Positions 1 through 15,000 of a stretch of DNA of 64,000 nt are shown piece after piece. Position 1 is the stretch's first letter. Every line of letters begins with the position of its first letter. This stretch comes from Eledone cirrhosa (Eukaryota). Position numbers and translations under genes: made by a program. The DNA lies in NCBI GenBank assembly GCA_964016885.1, contig OZ024740.1, positions 435,984,001-436,048,000 on the forward strand. The letters run 5' to 3'. The notes under the pieces were generated by a model. The model searched no databases, had not been told where the DNA came from, and was given only the letters and a program-made list of their open reading frames with translations.

Positions 1-3000
1 TGTGTATTACCTGATTGTGTTGTATGTGGTCCTAGATGTGTGTATTACCTGATTATGTGTTGTATGTGGCCCTAGATGTGTGTATTACCTGATTATGTGT
101 TGTATGTGGCCCTAGATGTGTGTATTACCTGATTATGTGTTGTATGTGGTCCTAGATGTGTGTATTACCTGATTATGTGTTGTATGTGGCCCTAGATGTG
201 TGTATTATCTGATTATGTGTTGTATGTGGTCCTAGATGTGTGTATTACCTGATTATGTGTTGTATGTGGTCCTAGATGTGTGTATTACCTGATTATGTGT
301 TGTATGTGGCCCTAGATGTGTGTATTATCTGATTATGTGTTGTATGTGGTCCTAGATGTGTGTATTACCTGATTATGTGTTGTATGTGGCCCTAGATGTG
401 TGTATTACCTGATTATGTGTTGTATGTGGTCCTAGATGTGTGTATTACCTGATTGTGTTGTATGTGGTCCTAGATGTGTGTATTACCTGATTATGTGTTG
501 TATGTGGTCCTAGATGTGTGTATTACCTGATTATGTGTTTATGTGGCCCTAGATGTGTGTATTACCTGATTGTGTTGTATGTGGTCCTAGATGTGTGTAT
601 TACCTGATTGTGTGTTGTATGTGGTCCTAGATGTGTGTATTACCTGATTGTGTTGTATGTGGTCCTAGATGTGTGTATTACCTGATTATGTGCTGTATGT
701 GGTCCTAGATGTGTGTATTACCTGATTATGTGTTGTATGTGGCCCTAGATGTGTGTATTACCTGATTGTGTTGTATGTGGCCCTAGATGTGTGTATTACC
801 TGATTATGTGTTGTATGTGGTCCTAGATGTGTGTATTACCTGATTATGTGTTGTATGTGGTCCTAGATGTGTGTATTACCTGATTGTGTTGTATGTGGCC
901 CTAGATGTGTGTATTACCTGATTATGTGTTGTATGTGGTCGTAGATGTGTGTATTACCTGATTATGTGTTGTATGTGGTCCTAGATGTGTGTATTACCTG
1001 ATTGTGTTGTATGTGGCCCTAGATGTGTGTATTACCTGATTATGTGTTGTATGTGGCCCTAGATGTGTGTAATACCTGATTATGTGTTGTATGTGGTCCT
1101 AGATGTGTGTATTACCTGATTATGTGTTGTATGTGGTCCTAGATGTGTGTATTATCTGATTATGTGTTGTATGTGGTCCTAGATGTGTGTATTATCTGAT
1201 TATGTGTTGTATGTGGTCCTAGATGTGTGTATTACCTGATTGTGTTGTATGTGGCCCTAGATGTGTGTATTACCTGATTATGTGTTGTATGTGGCCCTAG
1301 ATGTGTGTATTACCTGATTGTGTTGTATGTGGTCCTAGATGTGTGTATTACCTGATTATGTGTTGTATGTGGTCCTAGATGTGTGTATTACCTGCTTATG
1401 TGTTGTATGTGGCCCTAGATGTGTGTATTACCTGATTGTGTTGTATGTGGCCCTAGATGTGTGTATTACCTGATTATGTGTTGTATGTGGCCCTAGATGT
1501 GTGTATTACCTGATTATGTGTTGTATGTGGCCCTAGATGTGTGTATTACCTGATTATGTGTTGTATGTGGTCCTTGATGTGTGTATTACCTGATTATGTG
1601 TTGTGTGTGGTCCTAGATGTGTGTATTACCTGATTATGTGTTGTATGTGGTCCTAGATGTGTGTATTACCTGATTGTGTTGTATGTGGTCCTAGATGTGT
1701 GTATTACCTGATTATGTGTTGTATGTGGTCCTAGATGTGTGTATTACCTGATTATGTGTTGTATGTGGCCCTAGATGTGTGTATTACCTGATTATGTGTT
1801 GTATGTGGTCCTAGATGTGTGTATTACCTGATTGTGTTGTATGTGGCCCTAGATGTGTGTATTACCTGATTATGTGTTGTATGTCGTCCTAGATGTGTGT
1901 ATTACCTGATTATGTGTTGCATGTGGTCCTAGATGTGTGTATTACCTGATTGTGTTATATGTGGTCCTAGATGTGTGTATTACCTGATTGTGTTGTATGT
2001 GGCCCTAGATGTGTGTATTACCTGATTATGTGTTGTATGTGGTCCTAGATGTGTGTATTACCTGATTGTGTTGTATGTGGTCCTAGATGTGTGTATTACC
2101 TGATTATGTGTTGTATGTGGTCCTAGATGTGTGTATTACCTGATTATGTGTTGTATGTGGTCCTAGATGTGTGTATTACCTGATTGTGTTGTATGTGGCC
2201 CTAGATGTGTGTATTACCTGATTGTGTTGTATGTGGCCCTAGATGTGTGTATTACCTGATTGTGTTGTATGTGGTCCTAGATGTGTGTATTACCTGATTA
2301 TGTGTTGTATGTGGTCCTAGATGTGTGTATTATCTGATTGTGTTGTATGTGGTCCTAGATGTGTGTATTATCTGATTATGTGTTGTATGTGGTCCTAGAT
2401 GTGTGTATTATCTGATTGTGTTGTATGTGGTCCTAGATGTGTGTATTATCTGATTATGTGTTGTATGTGGTCCTAGATGTGTGTATTACCTGATTGTGTT
2501 GTATGTGGTCCTAGATGTGTGTATTACCTGATTATGTGTTGTATGTGGTCCTAGATGTGTGTATTACCTGATTATGTGTTGTATGTGGCCCTAGATGTGT
2601 GTATTACCTGATTGTGTTGTATGTGGCCCTAGATGTGTGTATTACCTGATTATGTGTTGTATGTGGTCCTAGATGTGTGTATTACCTGATTGTGTTGTAT
2701 GTGGTCCTAGATGTGTGTATTACCTGATTATGTGCTGTATGTGGTCCTAGATGTGTGTATTACCTGATTATGTGTTGTATGTGGCCCTAGATGTGTGTAT
2801 TACCTGATTGTGTTGTATGTGGCCCTAGATGTGTGTATTACCTGATTATGTGTTGTATGTTGTCCTAGATGTGTGTATTACCTGATTATGTGCTGTATGT
2901 GGTCCTAGATGTGTGTATTACCTGATTATGTGTTGTATGTGGCCCTAGATGTGTGTATTACCTGATTGTGTTGTATGTGGCCCTAGATGTGTGTATTACC

Positions 3001-6000
3001 TGATTATGTGTTGTATGTGGCCCTAGATGTGTGTCTTACCTGATTGTGTTGTATGTGGTCCTAGATGTGTGTATTACCTGATTATGTGCTGTATGTGGTC
3101 CTAGATGTGTGTATTACCTGATTGTGTTGTATGTGGTCCTAGATGTGTGTATTACCTGATTATGTGCTGTATGTGGTCCTAGATGTGTGTATTACCTGAT
3201 TATGTGTTGTATGTGGCCCTAGATGTGTGTATTACCTGATTGTGTTGTATGTGGCCCTAGATGTGTGTATTACCTGATTATGTGTTGTATGTGGCCCTAG
3301 ATGTGTGTATTACCTGATTGTGTTGTATGTGGCCCTAGATGTGTGTATTACCTGATTATGTGTTGTGTGTGGCCCTAGATGTGTGTATTACCTGATTGTG
3401 TTGTATGTGGCCCTAGATGTGTGTATTACCTGATTATGTGTTGTATGTGGTCGTAGATGTGTGTATTACCTGATTATGTGTTGTATGTCGTCCTAGATGT
3501 GTGTATTACCTGATTGTGTTGTATGTGGCCCTAGATGTGTGTATTACCTGATTATGTGTTGTATGTGGTCGTAGATGTGTGTATTACCTGATTATGTGTT
3601 GTATGTCGTCCTAGATGTGTGTATTACCTGATTGTGTTGTATGTGGCCCTAGATGTGTGTATTACCTGATTGTGTTGTATGTGGCCCTAGATGTGTGTAT
3701 TACCTGATTGTGTTGTATATCGTCCTAGATGTGTGTATTACCTGATTGTGTTGTATGTGGTCCTAGATGTGTGTATTATCTGATTATGTGTTGTATGTCG
3801 TGCTAGATGTGTGTATTACCTGATTGTGTTGTATGTGGCCCTAGATGTGTGTAATACCTGATTATGTGTTGTATGTGGTCCTAGATGTGTGTATTACCTG
3901 ATTATGTGTTGTATGTGGTCCTAGATGTGTGTATTATCTCATTATGTGTTGTATGTGGTCCTAGATGTGTGTATTATCTGATTATGTGTTGTATGTGGTC
4001 CTAGATGTGTGTATTATCTGATTATGTGTTGTATGTGGTCCTAGATGTGTGTATTACCTGATTGTGTTGTATGTGGCCCTAGATGTGTGTATTACCTGAT
4101 TATGTGTTGTATGTGGCCCTAGATGTGTGTATTACCTGATTGTGTTGTATGTGGTCCTAGATGTGTGTATTACCTGATTATGTGTTGTATGTGGTCCTAG
4201 ATGTGTGTATTACCTGATTATGTCTTGTATGTGGCCCTAGATGTGTGTATTACCTGATTGTGTTCTATGTGGCCCTAGATGTGTGTATTACCTGATTATG
4301 TGTTGTATGTGGCCGTAGATGTGTGTATTACCTGATTATGTGTTGTATGTGGCCCTAGATGTGTGTATTACCTGATTATGTGTTGTATGTGGTCCTTGAT
4401 GTGTATATTACCTGATTATGTGTTGTGTGTGGTCCTAGATGTGTGTATTACCTGATTATGTGTTGTATGTGGTCCTAGATGTGTGTATTACCTGATTGTG
4501 TTGTATGTGGTCCTAGATGTGTGTATTACCTGATTATGTGTTGTATGTGGTCCTAGATGTGTGTATTACCTGATTATGTGTTGTATGTGGTCCTAGATGT
4601 GTGTATTACCTGATTGTGTTGTATGTGGCCCTAGATGTGTGTATTACCTGATTATGTGTTGTATGTCGTCCTAGATGTGTGTATTACCTGATTATGTGTT
4701 GTATGTGGTCCTAGATGTGTGTATTACCTGATTGTGTTATATGTGGTCCTAGATGTGTGTATTACCTGATTGTGTTGTCTGTGGCCCTAGATGTGTGTAT
4801 TACCTTATTAAGTATTGTATGTGGTCCTAGATGTGTGTATTACCTGATTGTGTTGTATGTGGTCCTAGATGTGTGTATTACCTGATTGTGTTGTATGTGG
4901 TCCTAGATGTGTCATTTACCTGATTATGTGTTGTATGTGGTCCTAGATGTGTGTATTACCTGATTATGTGTTGTATGTGGTCCTAGATGTGTGTATTACC
5001 TGATTGTGTTGTATGTGGCCCTAGATGTGTGTATTACCTGATTGTGTTGTATGTGGTCCTAGATGTGTGTATTATCTGATTGTGTAGTATGTGGTCCTAG
5101 ATGTGTGTATTATCTGATTGTGTTGTATGTGGTCCTAGATGTGTGTATTACCTGATTATGTGTTGTATGTGGTCCTAGATGTGTGTATTATCTGATTGTG
5201 TTGTATGTGGCCCTAGATGTGTGTATTACCTGATTGTGTTGTATGTGGTCCTAGATGTGTGTATTATCTGATTGTGTTGTATGTGGCCCTAGATGTGTGT
5301 ATTACCTGATTGTGTTGTATGTGGTCCTAGATGTGTGTATTACCTGATTATGTGTTGTATGTGGTCCTAGATGTGTGTATTATCTGATTGTGTTGTATGT
5401 GGCCCTAGATGTGTGTATTACCTGATTGTGTTGTATGTGGTCCTAGATGTGTGTATTACCTGATTATGTGTTGTATGTGGTCCTAGATGTGTGTATTATC
5501 TGATTGTGTTGTATGTGGCCCTAGATGTGTGTATTACCTGATTGTGTTGTATGTGGTCCTAGAAGTGTGTATTACCTTATTATGTGTTGTATGTGGTCCT
5601 AGATGTGTGTATTACCTGATTGTGTTGTATGTGGCCCTAGATGTGTGTATTACCTGATTATGTGTTGTATGTGGTCCTAGATGTGTGTATTATCTGATTA
5701 TGTGTTGTATGTGGTCCTAGATGTGTGTATTACCTGATTATGTGTTGTATGTGGTCCTAGATGTGTGTATTACCTGATTGTGTTGTATGTGGTCCTAGAT
5801 GTGTGTATTACCTGATTATGTGTTGTATGTGGCCCTAGATGTGTGTATTACCTGATTATGTGTTGTATGTGGCTCTAGATGTGTGTATTACCTGATTATG
5901 TGTTGTATGTGGCCCTAGATGTGTGTATTACCTGATTGTGTTGTATGTGGTCCTAGATGTGTGTATTATCTGATTGTGTTGTATGTGGCCCTAGATGTGT

Positions 6001-9000
6001 GTATTACCTGATTGTGTTGTATGCGGTCCTAGATGTGTGTATTACCTGATTATGTGTTGTATGTGGTCCTAGATGTGTGTATTATCTGATTGTGTTGTAT
6101 GTGGCCCTAGATGTGTGTATTACCTGATTGTGTTGTATGTGGTCCTAGATGTGTGTATTACCTGATTATGTGTTGTATGTGGTCCTAGATGTGTGTATTA
6201 TCTGATTGTGTTGTATGTGGCCCTAGATGTGTGTATTACCTGATTGTGTTGTATGTGGTCCTAGATGTGTGTATTACCTGATTATGTGTTGTATGTGGTC
6301 CTAGATGTGTGTATTACCTGATTGTGTTGTATGTGGCCCTAGATGTGTGTATTACCTGATTATGTGTTGTATGTGGTCCTAGATGTGTGTATTATCTGAT
6401 TATGTGTTGTATGTGGTCCTAGATGTGTGTATTACCTGATTATGTGTTGTATGTGGTCCTAGATGTGTGTATTACCTGATTGTGTTGTATGTGGTCCTAG
6501 ATGTGTGTATTACCTGATTATGTGTTGTATGTGGCCCTAGATGTGTGTATTACCTGATTATGTGTTGTATGTGGCCCTAGATGTGTGTATTACCTGATTA
6601 TGTGTTGTATGTGGTCCTAGATGTGTGTATTACCTGATTATGTGTTGTATGTGGCCCTAGATGTGTGTATTATCTGATTATGTGTTGTATGTGGTCCTAG
6701 ATGTGTGTATTACCTGATTATGTGTTGTATGTGGTCCTAGATGTGTGTATTACCTGATTATGTGTTGTATGTGGCCCTAGATGTGTCTATTATCTGATTA
6801 TGTGTTGTATGTGGTCCTAGATGTGTGTATTACCTGATTATGTGTTGTATGTGGCCCTAGATGTGTGTATTACCTGATTATGTGTTGTATGTGGTCCTAG
6901 ATGTGTGTATTACCTGATTGTGTTGTATGTGGTCCTAGATGTGTGTATTACCTGATTATGTGTTGTATGTGGTCCTAGATGTGTGTATTACCTGATTATG
7001 TGTTTATGTGGCCCTAGATGTGTGTATTACCTGATTGTGTTGTATGTGGTCCTAGATGTGTGTATTACCTGATTATGCGTTGTATGTGGTCCTAGATGTG
7101 TGTATTACCTGATTGTGTTGTATGTGGTCCTAGATGTGTGTATTACCTGATTATGTGCTGTATGTGGTCCTAGATGTGTGTATTACCTGATTATGTGTTG
7201 TATGTGGCCCTAGATGTGTGTATTACCTGATTGTGTTGTATGTGGCCCTAGATGTGTGTATTACCTGATTATGTGTTGTATGTGGTCCTAGATGTGTGTA
7301 TTACCTGATTATGTGTTGTATGTGGTCCTAGATGTGTGTATTACCTGATTGTGTTGTATGTGGCCCTAGATGTGTGTATTACCTGATTATGTGTTGTATG
7401 TGGTCGTAGATGTGTGTATTACCTGATTATGTGTTGTATGTGGTCCTAGATGTGTGTATTGCCTGATTGTGTTGTATGTGGCCCTAGATGTGTGTATTAC
7501 CTGATTATGTGTTGTATGTGGCCCTAGATGTGTGTAATACCTGATTATGTGTTGTATGTGGTCCTAGATGTGTGTATTACCTGATTATGTGTTGTATGTG
7601 GTCCTAGATGTGTGTATTATCTGATTATGTGTTGTATGTGGTCCTAGATGTGTGTATTATCTGATTATGTGTTGTATGTGGTCCTAGATGTGTGTATTAT
7701 CTGATTATGTGTTGTATGTGGTCCTAGATGTGTGTATTACCTGATTGTGTTGTATGTGGCCCTAGATGTGTGTATTACCTGATTATGTGTTGTATGTGGC
7801 CCTAGATGTGTGTATTACCTGATTGTGTTGTATGTGGTCCTAGATGTGTGTATTACCTGATTATGTGTTGTATGTGGTCCTAGATGTGTGTATTACCTGC
7901 TTATGTGTTGTATGTGGCCCTAGATGTGTGTATTACCTGATTGTGTTGTATGTGGCCCTAGATGTGTGTATTACCTGATTATGTGTTGTATGTGGCCCTA
8001 GATGTGTGTATTACCTGATTATGTGTTGTATGTGGCCCTAGATGTGTGTATTACCTGATTATGTGTTGTATGTGGTCCTTGATGTGTGTATTACCTGATT
8101 ATGTGTTGTGTGTGGTCCTAGATGTGTGTATTACCTGATTATGTGTTGTATGTGGTCCTAGATGTGTGTATTACCTGATTGTGTTGTATGTGGTCCTAGA
8201 TGTGTGTATTACCTGATTATGTGTTGTATGTGGTCCTAGATGTGTGTATTACCTGATTATGTGTTGTATGTGGCCCTAGATGTGTGTATTACCTGATTAT
8301 GTGTTGAATGTGGTCCTAGATGTGTGTATTACCTGATTGTGTTGTATGTGGCCCTAGATGTGTGTATTACCTGATTATGTGTTGTATGTCGTGCTAGATG
8401 TGTGTATTACCTGATTATGTGTTGTATGTGGTCCTAGATGTGTGTATTACCTGATTGTGTTATATGTGGTCCTAGATGTGTGTATTACCTGATTGTGTTG
8501 TATGTGGCCCTAGATGTGTGTATTACCTGATTATGTGTTGTATGTGGTCCTAGATGTGTGTATTACCTGATTGTGTTGTATGTGGTCCTAGATGTGTGTA
8601 TTACCTGATTATGTGTTGTATGTGGTCCTAGATGTGTGTATTACCTGATTATGTGTTGTATGTGGTCCTAGATGTGTGTATTACCTGATTGTGTTGTATG
8701 TGGCCCTAGATGTGTGTATTACCTGATTGTGTTGTATGTGGCCCTAGATGTGTGTATTACCTGATTGTGTTGTATGTGGTCCTAGATGTGTGTATTACCT
8801 GATTATGTGTTGTATGTGGTCCTAGATGTGTGTATTATCTGATTGTGTTGTATGTGGTCCTAGATGTGTGTATTATCTGATTATGTGTTGTATGTGGTCC
8901 TAGATGTGTGTATTATCTGATTGTGTTGTATGTGGTCCTAGATGTGTGTATTATCTGATTATGTGTTGTATGTGGTCCTAGATGTGTGTATTACCTGATT

Positions 9001-12000
9001 GTGTTGTATGTGGTCCTAGATGTGTGTATTACCTGATTATGTGTTGTATGTGGTCCTAGATGTGTGTATTACCTGATTATGTGTTGTATGTGGCCCTAGA
9101 TGTGTGTATTACCTGATTGTGTTGTATGTGGCCCTAGATGTGTGTATTACCTGATTATGTGTTGTATGTGGTCCTAGATGTGTGTATTACCTGATTGTGT
9201 TGTATGTGGTCCTAGATGTGTGTATTACCTGATTATGTGCTGTATGTGGTCCTAGATGTGTGTATTACCTGATTATGTGTTGTATGTGGCCCTAGATGTG
9301 TGTATTACCTGATTGTGTTGTATGTGGCCCTAGATGTGTGTATTACCTGATTATGTGTTGTATGTGGTCCTAGATGTGTGTATTACCTGATTATGTGCTG
9401 TATGTGGTCCTAGATGTGTGTATTACCTGATTATGTGTTGTATGTGGCCCTAGATGTGTGTATTACCTGATTGTGTTGTATGTGGCCCTAGATGTGTGTA
9501 TTACCTGATTATGTGTTGTATGTGGCCCTAGATGTGTGTATTACCTGATTGTGTTGTATGTGGTCCTAGATGTGTGTATTACCTGATTATGTGCTGTATG
9601 TGGTCCTAGATGTGTGTATTACCTGATTATGTGTTGTATGTGGCCCTAGATGTGTGTATTACCTGATTGTGTTGTATGTGGCCCTAGATGTGTGTATTAC
9701 CTGATTATGTGTTGTATGTGGCCCTAGATGTGTGTATTACCTGATTGTGTTGTATGTGGCCCTAGATGTGTGTATTACCTGATTATGTGTTGTGTGTGGC
9801 CCTAGATGTGTGTATTACCTGATTGTGTTGTATGTGGCCCTAGATGTGTGTATTACCTGATTATGTGTTGTATGTCGTCCTAGATGTGTGTATTACCTGA
9901 TTATGTGTTGTATGTGGTCCTAGATGTGTGTATTACCTGATTGTGTTATATGTGGTCCTAGATGTGTGTATTACCTGATTGTGTTGTATGTGGCCCTAGA
10001 TGTGTGTATTACCTGATTATGTGTTGTATGTGGTCCTAGATGTGTGTATTACCTGATTGTGTTGTATGTGGTCCTAGATGTGTGTATTACCTGATTATGT
10101 GTTGTATGTGGTCCTAGATGTGTGTATTACCTGATTATGTGTTGTATGTGGTCCTAGATGTGTGTATTACCTGATTGTGTTGTATGTGGCCCTAGATGTG
10201 TGTATTACCTGATTGTGTTGTATGTGGCCCTAGATGTGTGTATTACCTGATTGTGTTGTATGTGGTCCTAGATGTGTGTATTACCTGATTATGTGTTGTA
10301 TGTGGTCCTAGATGTGTGTATTATCTGATTGTGTTGTATGTGGTCCTAGATGTGTGTATTATCTGATTATGTGTTGTATGTGGTCCTAGATGTGTGTATT
10401 ATCTGATTGTGTTGTATGTGGTCCTAGATGTGTGTATTATCTGATTGTGTTGTATGTGGCCCTAGATGTGTGTATTACCTGATTGTGTTGTATGTGGTCC
10501 TAGATGTGTGTATTACCTGATTATGTGTTGTATGTGGTCCTAGATGTGTGTATTATCTGATTGTGTTGTATGTGGCCCTAGATGTGTGTATTACCTGATT
10601 GTGTTGTATGTGGTCCTAGATGTGTGTATTACCTGATTATGTGTTGTATGTGGTCCTAGATGTGTGTATTACCTGATTGTGTTGTATGTGGCCCTAGATG
10701 TGTGTATTACCTGATTATGTGTTGTATGTGGTCCTAGATGTGTGTATTATCTGATTATGTGTTGTATGTGGTCCTAGATGTGTGTATTACCTGATTATGT
10801 GTTGTATGTGGTCCTAGATGTGTGTATTACCTGATTGTGTTGTATGTGGTCCTAGATGTGTGTTATACCTGATTATGTGTTGTATGTGGCCCTAGATGTG
10901 TGTATTACCTGATTATGTGTTGTATGTGGCCCTAGATGTGTGTATTACCTGATTATGTGTTGTATGTGGTCCTAGATGTGTGTATTACCTGATTATGTGT
11001 TGTATGTGGCCCTAGATGTGTGTATTATCTGATTATGTGTTGTATGTGGTCCTAGATGTGTGTATTACCTGATTATGTGTTGTATGTGGTCCTAGATGTG
11101 TGTATTACCTGATTATGTGTTGTATGTGGCCCTAGATGTGTCTATTATCTGATTATGTGTTGTATGTGGTCCTAGATGTGTGTATTACCTGATTATGTGT
11201 TGTATGTGGCCCTAGATGTGTGTATTACCTGATTATGTGTTGTATGTGGTCCTAGATGTGTGTATTACCTGATTGTGTTGTATGTGGTCCTAGATGTGTG
11301 TATTACCTGATTATGTGTTGTATGTGGTCCTAGATGTGTGTATTACCTGATTATGTGTTTATGTGGCCCTAGATGTGTGTATTACCTGATTGTGTTGTAT
11401 GTGGTCCTAGATGTGTGTATTACCTGATTATGCGTTGTATGTGGTCCTAGATGTGTGTATTACCTGATTGTGTTGTATGTGGTCCTAGATGTGTGTATTA
11501 CCTGATTATGTGCTGTATGTGGTCCTAGATGTGTGTATTACCTGATTATGTGTTGTATGTGGCCCTAGATGTGTGTATTACCTGATTGTGTTGTATGTGG
11601 CCCTAGATGTGTGTATTACCTGATTATGTGTTGTATGTGGTCCTAGATGTGTGTATTACCTGATTATGTGTTGTATGTGGTCCTAGATGTGTGTATTACC
11701 TGATTGTGTTGTATGTGGCCCTAGATGTGTGTATTACCTGATTATGTGTTGTATGTGGTCGTAGATGTGTGTATTACCTGATTATGTGTTGTATGTGGTC
11801 CTAGATGTGTGTATTGCCTGATTGTGTTGTATGTGGCCCTAGATGTGTGTATTACCTGATTATGTGTTGTATGTGGCCCTAGATGTGTGTAATACCTGAT
11901 TATGTGTTGTATGTGGTCCTAGATGTGTGTATTACCTGATTATGTGTTGTATGTGGTCCTAGATGTGTGTATTATCTGATTATGTGTTGTATGTGGTCCT

Positions 12001-15000
12001 AGATGTGTGTATTATCTGATTATGTGTTGTATGTGGTCCTAGATGTGTGTATTATCTGATTATGTGTTGTATGTGGTCCTAGATGTGTGTATTACCTGAT
12101 TGTGTTGTATGTGGCCCTAGATGTGTGTATTACCTGATTATGTGTTGTATGTGGCCCTAGATGTGTGTATTACCTGATTGTGTTGTATGTGGTCCTAGAT
12201 GTGTGTATTACCTGATTATGTGTTGTATGTGGTCCTAGATGTGTGTATTACCTGCTTATGTGTTGTATGTGGCCCTAGATGTGTGTATTACCTGATTGTG
12301 TTGTATGTGGCCCTAGATGTGTGTATTACCTGATTATGTGTTGTATGTGGCCCTAGATGTGTGTATTACCTGATTATGTGTTGTATGTGGCCCTAGATGT
12401 GTGTATTACCTGATTATGTGTTGTATGTGGTCCTTGATGTGTGTATTACCTGATTATGTGTTGTGTGTGGTCCTAGATGTGTGTATTACCTGATTATGTG
12501 TTGTATGTGGTCCTAGATGTGTGTATTACCTGATTGTGTTGTATGTGGTCCTAGATGTGTGTATTACCTGATTATGTGTTGTATGTGGTCCTAGATGTGT
12601 GTATTACCTGATTATGTGTTGTATGTGGCCCTAGATGTGTGTATTACCTGATTATGTGTTGAATGTGGTCCTAGATGTGTGTATTACCTGATTGTGTTGT
12701 ATGTGGCCCTAGATGTGTGTATTACCTGATTATGTGTTGTATGTCGTCCTAGATGTGTGTATTACCTGATTATGTGTTGTATGTGGTCCTAGATGTGTGT
12801 ATTACCTGATTGTGTTATATGTGGTCCTAGATGTGTGTATTACCTGATTGTGTTGTATGTGGCCCTAGATGTGTGTATTACCTGATTATGTGTTGTATGT
12901 GGTCCTAGATGTGTGTATTACCTGATTGTGTTGTATGTGGTCCTAGATGTGTGTATTACCTGATTATGTGTTGTATGTGGTCCTAGATGTGTGTATTACC
13001 TGATTATGTGTTGTATGTGGTCCTAGATGTGTGTATTACCTGATTGTGTTGTATGTGGCCCTAGATGTGTGTATTACCTGATTGTGTTGTATGTGGCCCT
13101 AGATGTGTGTATTACCTGATTGTGTTGTATGTGGTCCTAGATGTGTGTATTACCTGATTATGTGTTGTATGTGGTCCTAGATGTGTGTATTATCTGATTG
13201 TGTTGTATGTGGTCCTAGATGTGTGTATTATCTGATTATGTGTTGTATGTGGTCCTAGATGTGTGTATTATCTGATTGTGTTGTATGTGGTCCTAGATGT
13301 GTGTATTATCTGATTATGTGTTGTATGTGGTCCTAGATGTGTGTATTACCTGATTGTGTTGTATGTGGTCCTAGATGTGTGTATTACCTGATTATGTGTT
13401 GTATGTGGTCCTAGATGTGTGTATTACCTGATTATGTGTTGTATGTGGCCCTAGATGTGTGTATTACCTGATTGTGTTGTATGTGGCCCTAGATGTGTGT
13501 ATTACCTGATTATGTGTTGTATGTGGTCCTAGATGTGTGTATTACCTGATTGTGTTGTATGTGGTCCTAGATGTGTGTATTACCTGATTATGTGCTGTAT
13601 GTGGTCCTAGATGTGTGTATTACCTGATTATGTGTTGTATGTGGCCCTAGATGTGTGTATTACCTGATTGTGTTGTATGTGGCCCTAGATGTGTGTATTA
13701 CCTGATTATGTGTTGTATGTGGTCCTAGATGTGTGTATTACCTGATTATGTGCTGTATGTGGTCCTAGATGTGTGTATTACCTGATTATGTGTTGTATGT
13801 GGCCCTAGATGTGTGTATTACCTGATTGTGTTGTATGTGGCCCTAGATGTGTGTATTACCTGATTATGTGTTGTATGTGGCCCTAGATGTGTGTATTACC
13901 TGATTGTGTTGTATGTGGTCCTAGATGTGTGTATTACCTGATTATGTGCTGTATGTGGTCCTAGATGTGTGTATTACCTGATTATGTGTTGTATGTGGCC
14001 CTAGATGTGTGTATTACCTGATTGTGTTGTATGTGGCCCTAGATGTGTGTATTACCTGATTATGTGTTGTATGTGGCCCTAGATGTGTGTATTACCTGAT
14101 TGTGTTGTATGTGGCCCTAGATGTGTGTATTACCTGATTATGTGTTGTGTGTGGCCCTAGATGTGTGTATTACCTGATTGTGTTGTATGTGGCCCTAGAT
14201 GTGTGTATTACCTGATTATGTGTTGTATGTCGTCCTAGATGTGTGTATTACCTGATTATGTGTTGTATGTGGTCCTAGATGTGTGTATTACCTGATTGTG
14301 TTATATGTGGTCCTAGATGTGTGTATTACCTGATTGTGTTGTATGTGGCCCTAGATGTGTGTATTACCTGATTATGTGTTGTATGTGGTCCTAGATGTGT
14401 GTATTACCTGATTGTGTTGTATGTGGTCCTAGATGTGTGTATTACCTGATTATGTGTTGTATGTGGTCCTAGATGTGTGTATTACCTGATTATGTGTTGT
14501 ATGTGGTCCTAGATGTGTGTATTACCTGATTGTGTTGTATGTGGCCCTAGATGTGTGTATTACCTGATTGTGTTGTATGTGGCCCTAGATGTGTGTATTA
14601 CCTGATTGTGTTGTATGTGGTCCTAGATGTGTGTATTACCTGATTATGTGTTGTATGTGGTCCTAGATGTGTGTATTATCTGATTGTGTTGTATGTGGTC
14701 CTAGATGTGTGTATTATCTGATTATGTGTTGTATGTGGTCCTAGATGTGTGTATTATCTGATTGTGTTGTATGTGGTCCTAGATGTGTGTATTATCTGAT
14801 TATGTGTTGTATGTGGTCCTAGATGTGTGTATTACCTGATTGTGTTGTATGTGGTCCTAGATGTGTGTATTACCTGATTATGTGTTGTATGTGGTCCTAG
14901 ATGTGTGTATTACCTGATTATGTGTTGTATGTGGCCCTAGATGTGTGTATTACCTGATTGTGTTGTATGTGGCCCTAGATGTGTGTATTACCTGATTATG